This document shows positions 27,712 through 38,524 of a DNA stretch of 64,000 nucleotides, in pieces; position 1 is the first letter of the stretch; each line of letters starts with the position of its first letter. The stretch is taken from NCBI GenBank assembly GCA_013177855.1, contig JABLYA010000001.1:2000983-2064982 (forward strand), written 5' to 3'. The translations under genes and the position numbers were made by a program. The notes below the pieces were generated by a model that ran no database searches, had not been told where the DNA came from, and saw nothing but the letters and a program-made list of their open reading frames with translations. The DNA is from Ignavibacteria bacterium (GTDB lineage: Bacteria > Bacteroidota > Ignavibacteria > Ch128b).

Positions 27712-28864
27712 TTTTCTGATTTTTTTCATAACCTTTATATCACATTTGACTTTTGCACAAGAACTGGAAATTGGCGGTTATTCGAAATATCTCTTCAGTT
27801 TAAGTAAGTTCAAAGGGATTGATGAAAACCTGATTGATCATACAATTCATTCTCGTTTGAATCTCAAATATTATTTTAATGATGAATTCACAGTTTCAGC
27901 TGGAGTAAGAGATAAAATTCTCATCGGCAAATCAATCGAAAAATATCCAGCGATGGTTGATGGATTTACTCGAAAAGAATATTATTTCGATCTTGATGAT
28001 TATTTATGGAAGAAGAAAAATTCAATCAATTTTATTGAAGTTGATCGTTTTTGGCTGGATTGGAACCTTAAAAATTTTCAAATCAGTCTTGGAAGACAGA
28101 GGATTGCCTGGGGAACAAGCTGGGTCTGGAATATTACTGATATTTTTAATCCGCTTTCGATTTTGGATTTTGACTATGAAGAAAGACCAGCTGTTGATGC
28201 ATTAAGATTTCAATTTTTTCCATCAACTACTTCTAAAGTTGATATGGCAGCCAAACTTTCAGAAGAAAAGAATAATTCTTCAATTGCATTGCAATTGTTT
28301 CTGAATAAATATGAATACGATTTTTATGTAATGTTTGGTTATCACTTACAAAGATATTTTGCTGGGTTTAGCTGGTCAGGCGATATCTCAGGTGCTGGTT
28401 TTCGTGGTGAAATTTTTTTAACGGATTCACCAGATAAAATGAAATTTGATTTTCCAAATTCGTTTTCAGATGAAAAGAAAAAGCAGCTTAGCTTTGTTCT
28501 CTCCTTAGATTATACATTTGAAAATTCTTTCTACATTCATTCTGAACTTCTTTACAATAACATTGGAAAAACAAAAAGCATCGGAATTTATGCCCTCGAT
28601 GCTTTGAAAATTGGACTTCTATCACCATCAAAATTAAATTTATTTTATCAAGCCGGTTATAATTTATCTGCACTATCTCGAATTGATCTGATTGCACTTC
28701 ATAATCCCTATGACCAATCATTCGTCTTACTTCCAACTTTTTCATATTCACTTTTAGAAAATCTTGACCTTTCAGTTGTGTCATTATACTTTAATGGAAG
28801 AGACTTTGCTGAATATTCACCGACTGGCTTTATGTTTTTTTCTCGATTGAAATATTCATTTTAA
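27695..28864 (+). CDS. Outer-membrane beta-barrel protein, hypothetical
   Basis: Signal peptide, alternating hydrophobic beta-strand pattern, and a C-terminal aromatic residue (KYSF). Confidence 0.5.
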   Translation: MSGKINFLIFFITFISHLTFAQELEIGGYSKYLFSLSKFKGIDENLIDHTIHSRLNLKYYFNDEFTVSAGVRDKILIGKSIEKYPAMVDGFTRKEYYFDLDDYLWKKKNSINFIEVDRFWLDWNLKNFQISLGRQRIAWGTSWVWNITDIFNPLSILDFDYEERPAVDALRFQFFPSTTSKVDMAAKLSEEKNNSSIALQLFLNKYEYDFYVMFGYHLQRYFAGFSWSGDISGAGFRGEIFLTDSPDKMKFDFPNSFSDEKKKQLSFVLSLDYTFENSFYIHSELLYNNIGKTKSIGIYALDALKIGLLSPSKLNLFYQAGYNLSALSRIDLIALHNPYDQSFVLLPTFSYSLLENLDLSVVSLYFNGRDFAEYSPTGFMFFSRLKYSF

Positions 28865-28938
28865 TTTTTCAACACAATTATTTTTCACTTCCTATTCTAT
28901 GACTTACCTGCTCAATTCATTTAGATTATTTTTGTGAT

Positions 28939-30201
28939 ATGAAAAATAGCAAACCAAAAGTCATAATTATTGGCGGTGGATTTGGTGGACTTGCCGCTGC
29001 AAAAAAGCTAAAAAATAAACCAGTTGATGTGATATTAATCGATAAAACCAATCATCATCTTTTTCAGCCTTTATTGTATCAGGTTGCAACTGCTGGTTTA
29101 TCGCCTGCTTACATTGCTTTCCCATTAAGAAGCATTTTTAGAAAATCAAAAAATGTTCGTGTGATTCTGGGTGAAGTAAAAAGAATAGATCGAAAAGAAA
29201 AGAAAGTTTATTTGAATGGTGAAAATTATTCTTATGATTTTCTGATTGTTGCTGTGGGCGCAAAACATCACTATTTCGGTAAAGATGAATGGGAGAAGAT
29301 TGCACCTGGATTAAAAACTCTTCAAGATGCAATTAACATCAGAGAAAAGATTTTACTCGCATTTGAAAAAGCTGAAAGAATAAATGACCCTGAGGAGCAA
29401 CAGAAATATCTTAATTTTATTGTCGTTGGTGGTGGACCTACTGGAGTAGAAATGGCTGGAGCAATTGCAGAGATTGCAAGAAAAACTTTGATTGAAGATT
29501 TCAAGAAAATTGATCCAACAAAAGCTAAAGTTTATTTAGTTGAGGCGCTTGACAGAGTTCTGCCAACTTATCCGCCGAAACTTTCACAAAAGGCAAAGGA
29601 AGATTTAGAGAAACTTGGAGTAAAAGTTTTATTAAATACAAAAGTTACTGACATTAATAACGATTGCGTGAAGTTAAATGGAAAAGAAATTAAGGCAGCA
29701 ACAATTATCTGGGCAGCTGGAAATAAAGCAAATCCATTAGTTCAGCAACTCAATTGTGAGCTAGATAGAATGGGTCGTGCAATTGTTTCACCATATTTGC
29801 ATTTAAAGGATGATGAAAGCGTTTTTGTAATTGGTGATGCAGCTGCAGTTTATGATGAGAAAGGAAATACATTGCCTGGAGTTTCTCCTGTTGCAATTAC
29901 TGAAGGAAGATATGTTGCGAAATTTATTCTGAGAAAATTAAAGAACAAAAGTTCTAAACCTTACAAATATTTTAATAAAGGAAGTCTTGCAACAATTGGA
30001 AAAGCAAAAGCAGTCGCAGATTTTGGATGGTTACGATTTAGTGGATTCTTCGCCTGGCTTTTGTGGGTTTTCGTTCACATCTTCTTCTTAATTGGATTTA
30101 AAAATCGATTTATTGTGATGATAGAATGGATTTTTGCATACTTTACATATCAAAAAAGTGCACGATTGATTGTTGGTGAAAAGAAAATAATTGATGAATA
30201 A
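28939..30201 (+). CDS. ndh: Type II NADH:quinone oxidoreductase (NDH-2)
   Basis: Two GxGxxG dinucleotide folds (IIGGGFGGLAAA; VVGGGPTGVEMAG) and a C-terminal amphipathic/membrane tail. Confidence 0.85.
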   Translation: MKNSKPKVIIIGGGFGGLAAAKKLKNKPVDVILIDKTNHHLFQPLLYQVATAGLSPAYIAFPLRSIFRKSKNVRVILGEVKRIDRKEKKVYLNGENYSYDFLIVAVGAKHHYFGKDEWEKIAPGLKTLQDAINIREKILLAFEKAERINDPEEQQKYLNFIVVGGGPTGVEMAGAIAEIARKTLIEDFKKIDPTKAKVYLVEALDRVLPTYPPKLSQKAKEDLEKLGVKVLLNTKVTDINNDCVKLNGKEIKAATIIWAAGNKANPLVQQLNCELDRMGRAIVSPYLHLKDDESVFVIGDAAAVYDEKGNTLPGVSPVAITEGRYVAKFILRKLKNKSSKPYKYFNKGSLATIGKAKAVADFGWLRFSGFFAWLLWVFVHIFFLIGFKNRFIVMIEWIFAYFTYQKSARLIVGEKKIIDE

Positions 30202-30237
30202 TTCTTTTAATTCGTTTGAAAGATTTTTAAAACAAAA

Positions 30238-30270
30238 AATCCTGAGATTGTTAATCTCAATCTCAGGATT
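30238..30270. terminator. Bidirectional rho-independent terminator between convergent ndh and sucC
   Basis: aatcctgagattg-ttaatc-tcaatctcaggatt, flanked by an A-run and a T-run. Confidence 0.75.
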
Positions 30271-30290
30271 AGAAAAATTTAACTCTGGCT

Positions 30291-31454
30291 TTAGTTTTTA
30301 ATTACGCTTGTAACTTTCTCGGCTGCATCTTTGAGTGAAGTTGCAACAAGGAAATTTAGTCCAGAATTTTTTAATAACTCGGCAGCTTCTTCAGCATTTG
30401 TTCCTTCAAGTCGAATTACAATTGGAACATTGACATTAACTTTTTTGGAAGCTTCAATCACACCTTGAGCAACTCGATCGCAACGAACAATTCCACCAAA
30501 AATATTGATTAAGATCGCTTTAACATTCGGATCACTGAGAATAATTCTAAATCCATTTTCAACGGTTTCAGCACTTGCACCACCACCAACATCTAAAAAG
30601 TTTGCTGGCTCACCACCTGCGAGCTTAATGATATCCATCGTTGCCATTGCAAGTCCTGCACCGTTAACCATACACCCAACATTTCCATCGAGCTTAATGT
30701 AATTTAAATTGTATTTCGATGCTTCAATTTCAAGAGGTGCTTCTTCATTTAAATCTCTTAATTCAACTATCTCAGGATGACGATATAACGCATTGTCATC
30801 AAAATTCATTTTTGCATCGAGTGCAAGGACTCTCCCTTCTTTAGTTACGACCAGAGGATTAATCTCGGCAAGTGATGCGTCGGTTTCTTCGTAGGCTTTG
30901 TAAAGTCCAAGTAAAAACTTAACAGCGTTTTTAAATTTTTCACCTTCAAGTCCGAGACCGAATGCTAATTTTCTTGCCTGAAATTGTTGAAGACCAATTG
31001 AAGGTTCAACATATTCTTTCAAAATTTTTTCTGGTGTTTCAGCAGCAACTTTTTCGATCTCAACTCCGCCTTCTGTTGAAACCATTACCACATTTTTAGA
31101 AGTACTTCGGTCTAATGTAATTCCAACATATAATTCTTTTTCAATATTCATTCCTTCTTCAATCAAAACTTTTTGAACAATTCTTCCCTCTGGTCCTGTT
31201 TGATGAGTAACGAGACGCATTCCAATCATTTGCTTGGTCAATTCATAGACTTCATCAAGAGATCGGGCAAGTTTAACGCCGCCACCTTTACCTCTTCCAC
31301 CTGCATGAATTTGCGCTTTCACTACCCAGAGGTCACCACCAATTTCTTTAGCAACTTCAACTGCTTCTTCAGGTGAAAAAGCAACTTTGCCTTTTGGAAC
31401 TTCTACATTAAATTTTCTAAGAATTTCTTTCGCTTGATATTCATGTATTTTCAT
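30291..31454 (-). CDS. sucC: Succinate--CoA ligase (ADP-forming) beta subunit
   Basis: [15 protein letters not shown]... ATP-grasp N-terminus and a CoA-ligase C-domain. Confidence 0.9.
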   Translation of the reverse strand: MKIHEYQAKEILRKFNVEVPKGKVAFSPEEAVEVAKEIGGDLWVVKAQIHAGGRGKGGGVKLARSLDEVYELTKQMIGMRLVTHQTGPEGRIVQKVLIEEGMNIEKELYVGITLDRSTSKNVVMVSTEGGVEIEKVAAETPEKILKEYVEPSIGLQQFQARKLAFGLGLEGEKFKNAVKFLLGLYKAYEETDASLAEINPLVVTKEGRVLALDAKMNFDDNALYRHPEIVELRDLNEEAPLEIEASKYNLNYIKLDGNVGCMVNGAGLAMATMDIIKLAGGEPANFLDVGGGASAETVENGFRIILSDPNVKAILINIFGGIVRCDRVAQGVIEASKKVNVNVPIVIRLEGTNAEEAAELLKNSGLNFLVATSLKDAAEKVTSVIKN

Positions 31455-31534
31455 TTAAATCCTCTTCGTTATTTGAACTTTAATGAATAAACTTTCATCA
31501 TTGGTATTTCAGTTTTTGATTAAAAATTTTTACT

Positions 31535-31585
31535 GAAGAAAAAACACAAAAATGGGTTGTCATACATTATTCAGTATGACAACCA
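31535..31585 (-). terminator. Rho-independent terminator (minus) after the P5C dehydrogenase gene
   Basis: gggttgtcatac-attattcag-tatgacaacc; the minus strand has a T-run after the stem. Confidence 0.55.
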
Positions 31586-31595
31586 CTGAATAAAA

Positions 31596-33146
31596 TTAAT
31601 TAATCTTTTCACTCATTACTTTTGCTTGTAAGAAGAGCAATAAATAATCTCTTCCACCAGCTTTGGAATCGGTTCCACTCATATTAAAGCCACCGAATGG
31701 ATGACCACCAACTAAAGCACCAGTGCATTTTCTGTTGAAATATAAGTTGCCAACAAAGAATTCTTCTTTTGCTTTTTGAATTTTCTTCTTGTTCTTTGTA
31801 TAAACAGAACCAGTTAAGCCATATTCAGTATTATTTGCAATAGCTAATGCATCATCAAAATCTTTTGCTTTAATTACTGCAAGCACTGGACCAAAAATTT
31901 CTTCCTGTGAAATTCTTGCCATTGGATCCACATCTATGAAAACTGTTGGCTCGATGTAAAAACCATCGCCTTCTATTTTATTTCCACCGCATAGAAGTTT
32001 TCCTTCGTTCTTTCCAATTTCAATATAACTTAATATTGAAAGTTGAGCTCTCTCATTAATGACTGGTCCCATAAAATAATTTTCTTTTGCTGGACCGACT
32101 TTGATTTGTTCAACTCTTTCTTTCAACATCTCAACAAATTTATCATAGACTTTCTCATCAACAATTGCTCTTGAACAAGCTGAACATTTTTGACCTTGAA
32201 ATCCGTAAGCCGAAACAACAACTCCCTCAACTGCAGCCTTTAGGTCGGCTTCGCTGTCTACGATAATTGAATCTTTACCACCCATTTCGGCAATTACTCT
32301 CTTAATCCAGATTTGTCCTGGTTGATGTTTAGCTGCAAGTTCATTTATGTGAAGTCCAACATCTTTTGAACCGGTGAAGGCAATAAACCTTGTTTTTGGA
32401 TGAGCGACTAATGTATCACCGACTTCACCACCTGATCCAGGCACGAAGTTTAAAACACCTTTTGGCAGTCCAGCTTTCTCCATAATTTCAGTGAATAGAT
32501 AACCCATCATTGGCGAGTCGCTTGATGGTTTTAGAACGACTGTATTTCCAGTTACAATCGAAGCTGATGTCATTCCAACTAAAATTGCGAATGGGAAATT
32601 CCATGGTGGAATTACAACGCCAACTCCAAGAGGTAAGTAAACTAACTCATTGATTTCACCTTTCACTTTTGTGAGAGGTTGTTTCTGAGCATAGCGCAGC
32701 ATTTCACGACCGTAGAATTCAAGGAAATCGATTGCTTCACATGTATCGGCATCAGCTTCAAGCCAGTTCTTGCCGACTTCAGAAATCATCCAAGCGTTAA
32801 TTTCAAATCTTCTTCTGCGAATTATATCAGCTGCACGGAAAAGAACTTTGGCTCTTTTTTCAGCTGGGACTCTCTTCCATTTCTCAAAAGCTTCGGTTGC
32901 AACCATTATTGCCTTTTCAGCAAGTTCTTTGTTTGCTTTTGAGAAATATCCAATAACTTGATTTTTGAAAGATGGATTGATGGAAGGAAATTTGGATTCG
33001 GTGAAAATTCTTTCACCATTAATAATAAGCGGATATTCTTTGCCAAAGTTTTTTTCTACTTCGGCTAAAGCTCTTTGGAGTCTGTTAACATTTTTTTTGT
33101 CTGAAAAATCGAGGTAGGTTTCGTTAGTAAATTTTGGTCGAGCCAT
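31596..33146 (-). CDS. L-glutamate gamma-semialdehyde (1-pyrroline-5-carboxylate) dehydrogenase, RocA/PruA-type aldehyde dehydrogenase
   Basis: ~515-aa ALDH superfamily protein with a catalytic Cys region (GQKCSA) and the Bacillus-type P5CDH N-terminus (MARPKFTNETYLDF). Confidence 0.8.
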   Translation of the reverse strand: MARPKFTNETYLDFSDKKNVNRLQRALAEVEKNFGKEYPLIINGERIFTESKFPSINPSFKNQVIGYFSKANKELAEKAIMVATEAFEKWKRVPAEKRAKVLFRAADIIRRRRFEINAWMISEVGKNWLEADADTCEAIDFLEFYGREMLRYAQKQPLTKVKGEINELVYLPLGVGVVIPPWNFPFAILVGMTSASIVTGNTVVLKPSSDSPMMGYLFTEIMEKAGLPKGVLNFVPGSGGEVGDTLVAHPKTRFIAFTGSKDVGLHINELAAKHQPGQIWIKRVIAEMGGKDSIIVDSEADLKAAVEGVVVSAYGFQGQKCSACSRAIVDEKVYDKFVEMLKERVEQIKVGPAKENYFMGPVINERAQLSILSYIEIGKNEGKLLCGGNKIEGDGFYIEPTVFIDVDPMARISQEEIFGPVLAVIKAKDFDDALAIANNTEYGLTGSVYTKNKKKIQKAKEEFFVGNLYFNRKCTGALVGGHPFGGFNMSGTDSKAGGRDYLLLFLQAKVMSEKIN

Positions 33147-33267
33147 ATTTATTCCCTTTTTAATTTGTTTTTCATTTACACAAAATTAAGAAAGGAAGGA
33201 CTAAGAAACTAAGACTGGATTTTGAGTAATTTTTATAAAATTTGAGTGATCTTACTATAAAGATTAA

Positions 33268-33501
33268 TCAAATTTTGTTAATTGCGGGATAAATGTGAAA
33301 ACAATGAGTATATTCTTTTGTATTAGCTCCTCGAAAATCCCAGCTATCATCTAAGCGCTTTATTTTTTTAGAATAAACTACTTCACTTTCTTTAACTTTT
33401 TTTACCCTTGTCCTATTTACCTTATCTTTCTTCGAATTCGTCACTTTAGATTTATTAGTTGATTTACTATTTATTTTGCTGTTTTTCTTTTGATTCTTCA
33501 T
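33268..33501 (-). CDS. Small Lys-rich basic hypothetical protein (possibly spurious)
   Basis: 77-aa ORF downstream of the putative REase. Low complexity and no RBS, so its status is uncertain. Confidence 0.2.
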   Translation of the reverse strand: MKNQKKNSKINSKSTNKSKVTNSKKDKVNRTRVKKVKESEVVYSKKIKRLDDSWDFRGANTKEYTHCFHIYPAINKI

Positions 33502-33520
33502 TCGTTTAAAAACACAAGAA

Positions 33521-34354
33521 TCAGTTAGTTATTAAGAGTACTTTTGTTAAAGCTGTATATGTCTTATTTCTATAATTAAAAACAATTTCATCGTTTGGAG
33601 AAACTGATTCTTTGCCCAGGAAAGCATCGATTGCATTAAATACGAGATCAAAATTTCTTTTTAATTCCCAACTTTTTTCTGGATTATTTTGATCAAATAA
33701 AACTACAAATAGTCTATTATCAGCACCAAATCTTTGCTCTCCTTGATTTTCATACATCCATTTAGCTAAGTCAATGGGAGTGTTAATTGCATTTAACGGA
33801 TTATAACCCTTTGGAAGGTAGGTTATTTTCAAATCAAATGGTTGCCCATCAAAAAAAATATCAATGCCTTTTATGTTTTTTATAGTTGGAATTACTTTTG
33901 GATGCTGACTTATGTGTTCTTCAATTAGCACGGTTGTCCAGTGGTTAAACCAAGTACATATTACATAGTTTGTAACCTCATTATGAAGTTTTGAAGTTAC
34001 CTCATTAATTAAATCATTGTAGCGAACAAATTTCCTTACGAATTCAATTTGTATCTTTTGATCTAACTGACCTTGAACAACACCCCAGTTAAAAGATTTA
34101 ACATTTAATAACTCCCGTTTTAGGTCGTTATCAGAAATAATTTGCTTACGTTTTTGAACTTTCTCATTATATTTTTGTTTGATAAACTGATCAATTTTAG
34201 TTTCATCTGGATTGCTGTTTAAAATACTGGCAATAATCTTGGATGAAGTTCCAGCATTAGAAATATTTAAATTCTTAGCAAGTATCTTTAAATGTAATGA
34301 TGGAATACTTTTTAATTTTAAGTTTAATACTTCTTTTTTACTATATAGAGGCAT
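33521..34354 (-). CDS. Putative Type II restriction endonuclease (partner of adjacent MTase)
   Basis: 277-aa orphan-like ORF 12 nt downstream of the MTase. Candidate PD-(D/E)xK signature GIDIFFDGQPFDLKITY. AT-rich, K/N/I-rich composition. Confidence 0.35.
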   Translation of the reverse strand: MPLYSKKEVLNLKLKSIPSLHLKILAKNLNISNAGTSSKIIASILNSNPDETKIDQFIKQKYNEKVQKRKQIISDNDLKRELLNVKSFNWGVVQGQLDQKIQIEFVRKFVRYNDLINEVTSKLHNEVTNYVICTWFNHWTTVLIEEHISQHPKVIPTIKNIKGIDIFFDGQPFDLKITYLPKGYNPLNAINTPIDLAKWMYENQGEQRFGADNRLFVVLFDQNNPEKSWELKRNFDLVFNAIDAFLGKESVSPNDEIVFNYRNKTYTALTKVLLITN

Positions 34355-34365
34355 TAAATTATTTC

Positions 34366-35499
34366 CTATTTTTTCTTAAATAAAAAGATATATTCATGCT
34401 TAAAAACATAAAATCCACCAACTAAAGCCCTATATCTCCATAGTTCTTTTTGACTTCTTTTACCTCTTGTCTCTTCGAAGTTTTTTACTATTATACTTTT
34501 TAAACTATAACTTCTCTTTAAGACTTCCTGCATACAATAAAATCCTAAAGGTATCCATTCACCCTTTGAGTATTTGTCACCGATAACCAAGACGAGATAT
34601 CTACCTCGCTCTAAATAAGAAGTGGTGTTATCAATTACTTCACCGAACATTTCTAAAAATTTATCAACGCTAATAGCATTAGAGAGATCATTTTCTTGAT
34701 TTGAAAATTTGATAATATCATGATAAGGAGGATGCATTATTATAAGTTGAAACTGTTTTATTCCATATTTATTAAGAATTCTTTTAATGTCTATTGTTCT
34801 TGAATCACCAATTATTACGTCAGTGATAATATTATATCTGTTTTCCTCTTTATTAATTAATTCTTGAGATCTTTTCGCGACTTCAGGGTTTAATTCAATT
34901 CCAATTCCATTTCTACCAAGTCTTTTACATTCAATTAAGGTTGTTCCACTACCAACGAATGTATCTAAAACCCAATCGCCTTTTTTAGTATATCTTATCA
35001 TCATTTGATGCGGGATTTGAGGAATGAAATTACCCCAGTACCAACCATTATGAACTCCAGACGAATCTCTTTTATCTAATATCCAAAGACTGTCAGTAAT
35101 AATATTGTCATATTCTTTCCATCTAAGAAGATTTATATCATTTATTTTACTGGTTTTAACTTTTTGAATCCCTTCTCTTAATCTGTTTATATAATATTTT
35201 GCTCTCTCTAAAGTTTGTGATTCCAAAATTTGATTTAAATCTGAAATAAGGATGTCTTTGCGAATTGATATTGTATCGCCATTCGTATCAATATTTAAAA
35301 GTCCTTCCTCATCTTTTCTAAAGTGAGTAATAATATTAATTATAAAAAAAATTTTATTTCTTATAATATCAATTTGATTCGCTTCTAAAATTTCTGACAA
35401 AATTTCTATAAACTTATCTTTATTTAATATTACCCTTACATTCTTTTTTGAATTCACATCATTATCAAAAAATAAATTGTCTGCATCAAATGACGCCAT
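34366..35499 (-). CDS. DNA methyltransferase (N6-adenine/N4-cytosine family) with motif I (LDTFVGSGTT) preceding motif IV (HPPY)
   Basis: The FxGSGTT...GIELNPE block is typical of N4/N6 MTases, and IIMHPPYHD is a (D/N/S)PPY variant. Start chosen at MASFDAD (35499) because a perfect AAGGAG RBS lies 8 nt upstream; the longer MEFF start lacks an RBS. Confidence 0.65.
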   Translation of the reverse strand: MASFDADNLFFDNDVNSKKNVRVILNKDKFIEILSEILEANQIDIIRNKIFFIINIITHFRKDEEGLLNIDTNGDTISIRKDILISDLNQILESQTLERAKYYINRLREGIQKVKTSKINDINLLRWKEYDNIITDSLWILDKRDSSGVHNGWYWGNFIPQIPHQMMIRYTKKGDWVLDTFVGSGTTLIECKRLGRNGIGIELNPEVAKRSQELINKEENRYNIITDVIIGDSRTIDIKRILNKYGIKQFQLIIMHPPYHDIIKFSNQENDLSNAISVDKFLEMFGEVIDNTTSYLERGRYLVLVIGDKYSKGEWIPLGFYCMQEVLKRSYSLKSIIVKNFEETRGKRSQKELWRYRALVGGFYVFKHEYIFLFKKK

Positions 35500-35672
35500 A
35501 TAAAATCTCCTTGTTTCTTTGAAAAACTCCACTCAAAATTATAAACATTTTTCAATCATTTCTTTAATTTTTTTTGAACAAATATAAACTTAAAAAACCT
35601 GAATGATTTATAGGACTATTTATCTCGATTTTGGTTCTTTCAGATTTTATTTTCTTGAACAAATATAAAAGC

Positions 35673-36929
35673 TCAAGTCTTCTGTTTTTTCTTCTTCGCT
35701 GCAGGGAATAAAACATTGTTTAAAATTAATCTGTAGCCCGGTGAATTTTTGTAAAGAGATAAATCCGTCGGAGGATCACCGACTTGATGCTGATAATCTT
35801 CAGGATCGTGCCCGCCTAAAAAACAAAATGTTCCTCGACCATAATCACCACGAATATATTTTACTTGATCAGTCCCTTCTCTTTTCCCCATAATCGTTAC
35901 ATTCTTTTTAATCAATCTTTCGCGAAAAGCTGTGGTCTGACCGAGAAATCCTCGAATTACATTAACATGATTCTGCGTCAGCATTGTGGGAACAGGATCG
36001 TATTTAGCAGAGAATTCAAAGAGTGTGAAGTAATCGTTTTCAAAATTTCCAATCTCAGCAGGTTGAATATCGATATCGGAATACTCGTAAACATAAGGAT
36101 TCATTTCAAGTTTAAAATCGGTAAATGCAAGTGTTTGTGAGTAATCGAGTTTCTTTTGAGCATCAGGGTCTGGCGGATCACCATCATACATTCGATCGCA
36201 TATGTCAACATTCTTTGCAGCAAGTGCAATGTCATAGGAATCTGTAGCCGAACACATTGCAAAAAGAAATCCGCCATTTGCAACATAATTTTTTATGGTA
36301 AACGCAACATCTCTCATCATTTCACTGACTTTCTTATATCCATTCTTCTTCGCATTGTTTTCATACAGAGCTTGCTGCTCAATGTACCATTGGGCATTCG
36401 CAAAACTTGCATAAAATTTTCCATACTGACCTGTGAAATCTTCATGATGTAAATGTAACCAATCATATTTAGCCAAATCGCCGCGCAAGACTTCATCGTT
36501 CCAGATTTTATCGTATGGAATTTCGGCATAATCAAGCGCAAGAGTTACTGCATCATCCCACGGATTGAAACCTGGTGGAACATATACTGCAATCTTTGGT
36601 TCTTTCTCAAGTCGCACAACATCCATATTGTTGTTCTCATCTTGAACTTCAGCCAGAATTTGAGATGCAACGGAACCACTTATTTGCTCAAATTTAACTC
36701 CACGTATTCTACAAACGCTTGCTACCTCATCGGAGAAATCCATCATAAATGAACCACCTCGATAATTCAAAAGCCAATCAACAACCATTCCTTTTGTTAA
36801 GGCATAATATGCAATTCCATAAGCTTTAAGGTGGTCAGTCTGTTTTAAATCCATCGGGATTAGAATTTTACCCTGCGCAGCTAACAGGGAATAAAGCATC
36901 AATATTAAAGAGATTATTCTTTTGATCAT
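35673..36929 (-). CDS. Secreted hypothetical protein (418 aa)
   Basis: Signal peptide MIKRIISLILMLYSLLAAQG. No confidently recognised domain. Confidence 0.45.
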   Translation of the reverse strand: MIKRIISLILMLYSLLAAQGKILIPMDLKQTDHLKAYGIAYYALTKGMVVDWLLNYRGGSFMMDFSDEVASVCRIRGVKFEQISGSVASQILAEVQDENNNMDVVRLEKEPKIAVYVPPGFNPWDDAVTLALDYAEIPYDKIWNDEVLRGDLAKYDWLHLHHEDFTGQYGKFYASFANAQWYIEQQALYENNAKKNGYKKVSEMMRDVAFTIKNYVANGGFLFAMCSATDSYDIALAAKNVDICDRMYDGDPPDPDAQKKLDYSQTLAFTDFKLEMNPYVYEYSDIDIQPAEIGNFENDYFTLFEFSAKYDPVPTMLTQNHVNVIRGFLGQTTAFRERLIKKNVTIMGKREGTDQVKYIRGDYGRGTFCFLGGHDPEDYQHQVGDPPTDLSLYKNSPGYRLILNNVLFPAAKKKKQKT

Positions 36930-37236
36930 GTCAATTTCGTTTCGATTGTTAATTAAAATTTTGTCGATCTAAAAAAAGTTCACTTCTCAGAGCATTTTGC
37001 AAATTGAAAGATAAGCTTCAGAATAAATCATTAAGTTTAATTCAAAAATTAAATTCAAGTTTGGATAATTAAACCCTCAAGTGATTTTACGCTCATTAAA
37101 AATTAAAAGAATAAAGTTAGTAAAAAATTGTGGTTGATATTTTTTGAATTCTAATTTTCAATTAAATCAATTTGATTTTAAAATTTTTTGAAAATGACTC
37201 CGTATTAATCACACATAAATCCGAGATTATTTGAAT

Positions 37237-38514
37237 TTATTCGCTGCTCGACTGTGCTTTTGCTTCTTTGGTTTTAGATTTATAAATATAAATTGGTTCA
37301 GCATGATTTAAGACAGTCTCTCTGGTAATTATACATTTCTCGAGATTTTTTCTCGAAGGAAGATGATACATTATATCGAGCATAAAATCTTCAACAATTG
37401 ATCTTAAAGCACGAGCGCCTGTTTTTCTTTCAATTGCTTTTTCAACTATTGCATCTAAAGCCTCTTCTTCAAACTCTAATTCTACATTTTCAAGCTGGAA
37501 TAATTTTTTGAATTGTTTCAAGATTGCGTTTTTAGGTTCAGTTAAAATTTTCTTCAATGCATCTTTATTTAATGAGTGAAGCGGTGCAATTATGGGTAAT
37601 CTTCCAATCAATTCTGGAATAAATCCAAATTTTAAAAGATCATCTGGTTGAATTTGCTCAAGCAATTCATCGGTAGAAACATCTCTTGAACCTCGGATTT
37701 CAGCTCCGAAACCTACTTTACTTTTATTAGTTCGTGCTGCGATGATTTTTTCAATTCCTTCAAATGCACCACCGCAAATGAAAAGTATGTTTTTAGTATT
37801 TATATAAATCAGTGATTGTTCAGGATGTTTTCTACCGCCTCTGGGCGGAACTCCTGCAACTGTTCCTTCAAGAATTTTCAGCAATGCTTGTTGAACTCCT
37901 TCACCTGAAACATCCCTTGTAATTGATGGATTTTCAGATTTGCGGGCAATTTTATCAATTTCATCAATGTATACGATTCCTTTTTGGGCTCTTTCGACAT
38001 TATAATCTGCAGCTTGAAGAAGACGGACCAGAACGGTCTCCACATCATCGCCGACATATCCTGCTTCGGTAATTGTTGTTGCATCAGCCATTGCAAAAGG
38101 TACATCCAGGATTTTTGCAAGCGTTTGAGCAAGTAAAGTTTTACCAACACCAGTTGGTCCGACTAGCAAAATATTGCTCTTTTCAATTTCGACATCATCA
38201 AAATCATATAAAGTGGATGATGAGTTAATTCTTTTATAGTGATTGTAAACAGCAACCGCCAGAATTTTTTTTGCTTTTTCCTGTCCTATTACAAATTGAT
38301 CAAGTGTTGATTTAATTAATTCGGGAGTTAATATTGCATCTTTTCTAATTTGAGGCGAAAGTGTTTCTAAATTATTTTTCAATATTTGAACTGCGCTTCC
38401 AACGCACAGATCACAAATGTAAACATCTTTACCAGCTATTATTCCACCGACTTCAGTTGCATCTCTACCACAAAATGAACATTTAATTTGTTTATAATTT
38501 CTTTTATCTGCCAT
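37237..38514 (-). CDS. clpX: ATP-dependent Clp protease ATP-binding subunit ClpX
   Basis: N-terminal C4 zinc finger (CSFCGR...CDLC), Walker A GPTGVGKT, and ClpX-specific motifs. Confidence 0.95.
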   Translation of the reverse strand: MADKRNYKQIKCSFCGRDATEVGGIIAGKDVYICDLCVGSAVQILKNNLETLSPQIRKDAILTPELIKSTLDQFVIGQEKAKKILAVAVYNHYKRINSSSTLYDFDDVEIEKSNILLVGPTGVGKTLLAQTLAKILDVPFAMADATTITEAGYVGDDVETVLVRLLQAADYNVERAQKGIVYIDEIDKIARKSENPSITRDVSGEGVQQALLKILEGTVAGVPPRGGRKHPEQSLIYINTKNILFICGGAFEGIEKIIAARTNKSKVGFGAEIRGSRDVSTDELLEQIQPDDLLKFGFIPELIGRLPIIAPLHSLNKDALKKILTEPKNAILKQFKKLFQLENVELEFEEEALDAIVEKAIERKTGARALRSIVEDFMLDIMYHLPSRKNLEKCIITRETVLNHAEPIYIYKSKTKEAKAQSSSE

Positions 38515-38524
38515 TTCTTCTCCA

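Noticed and set aside
23825-28864. Novel efflux system
   Set aside because: LolA-like + 2x FtsX permease + ABC ATPase + OMP is a common, conserved MacB/Lol-type cluster in FCB-group bacteria. It is annotated but not considered unusual.
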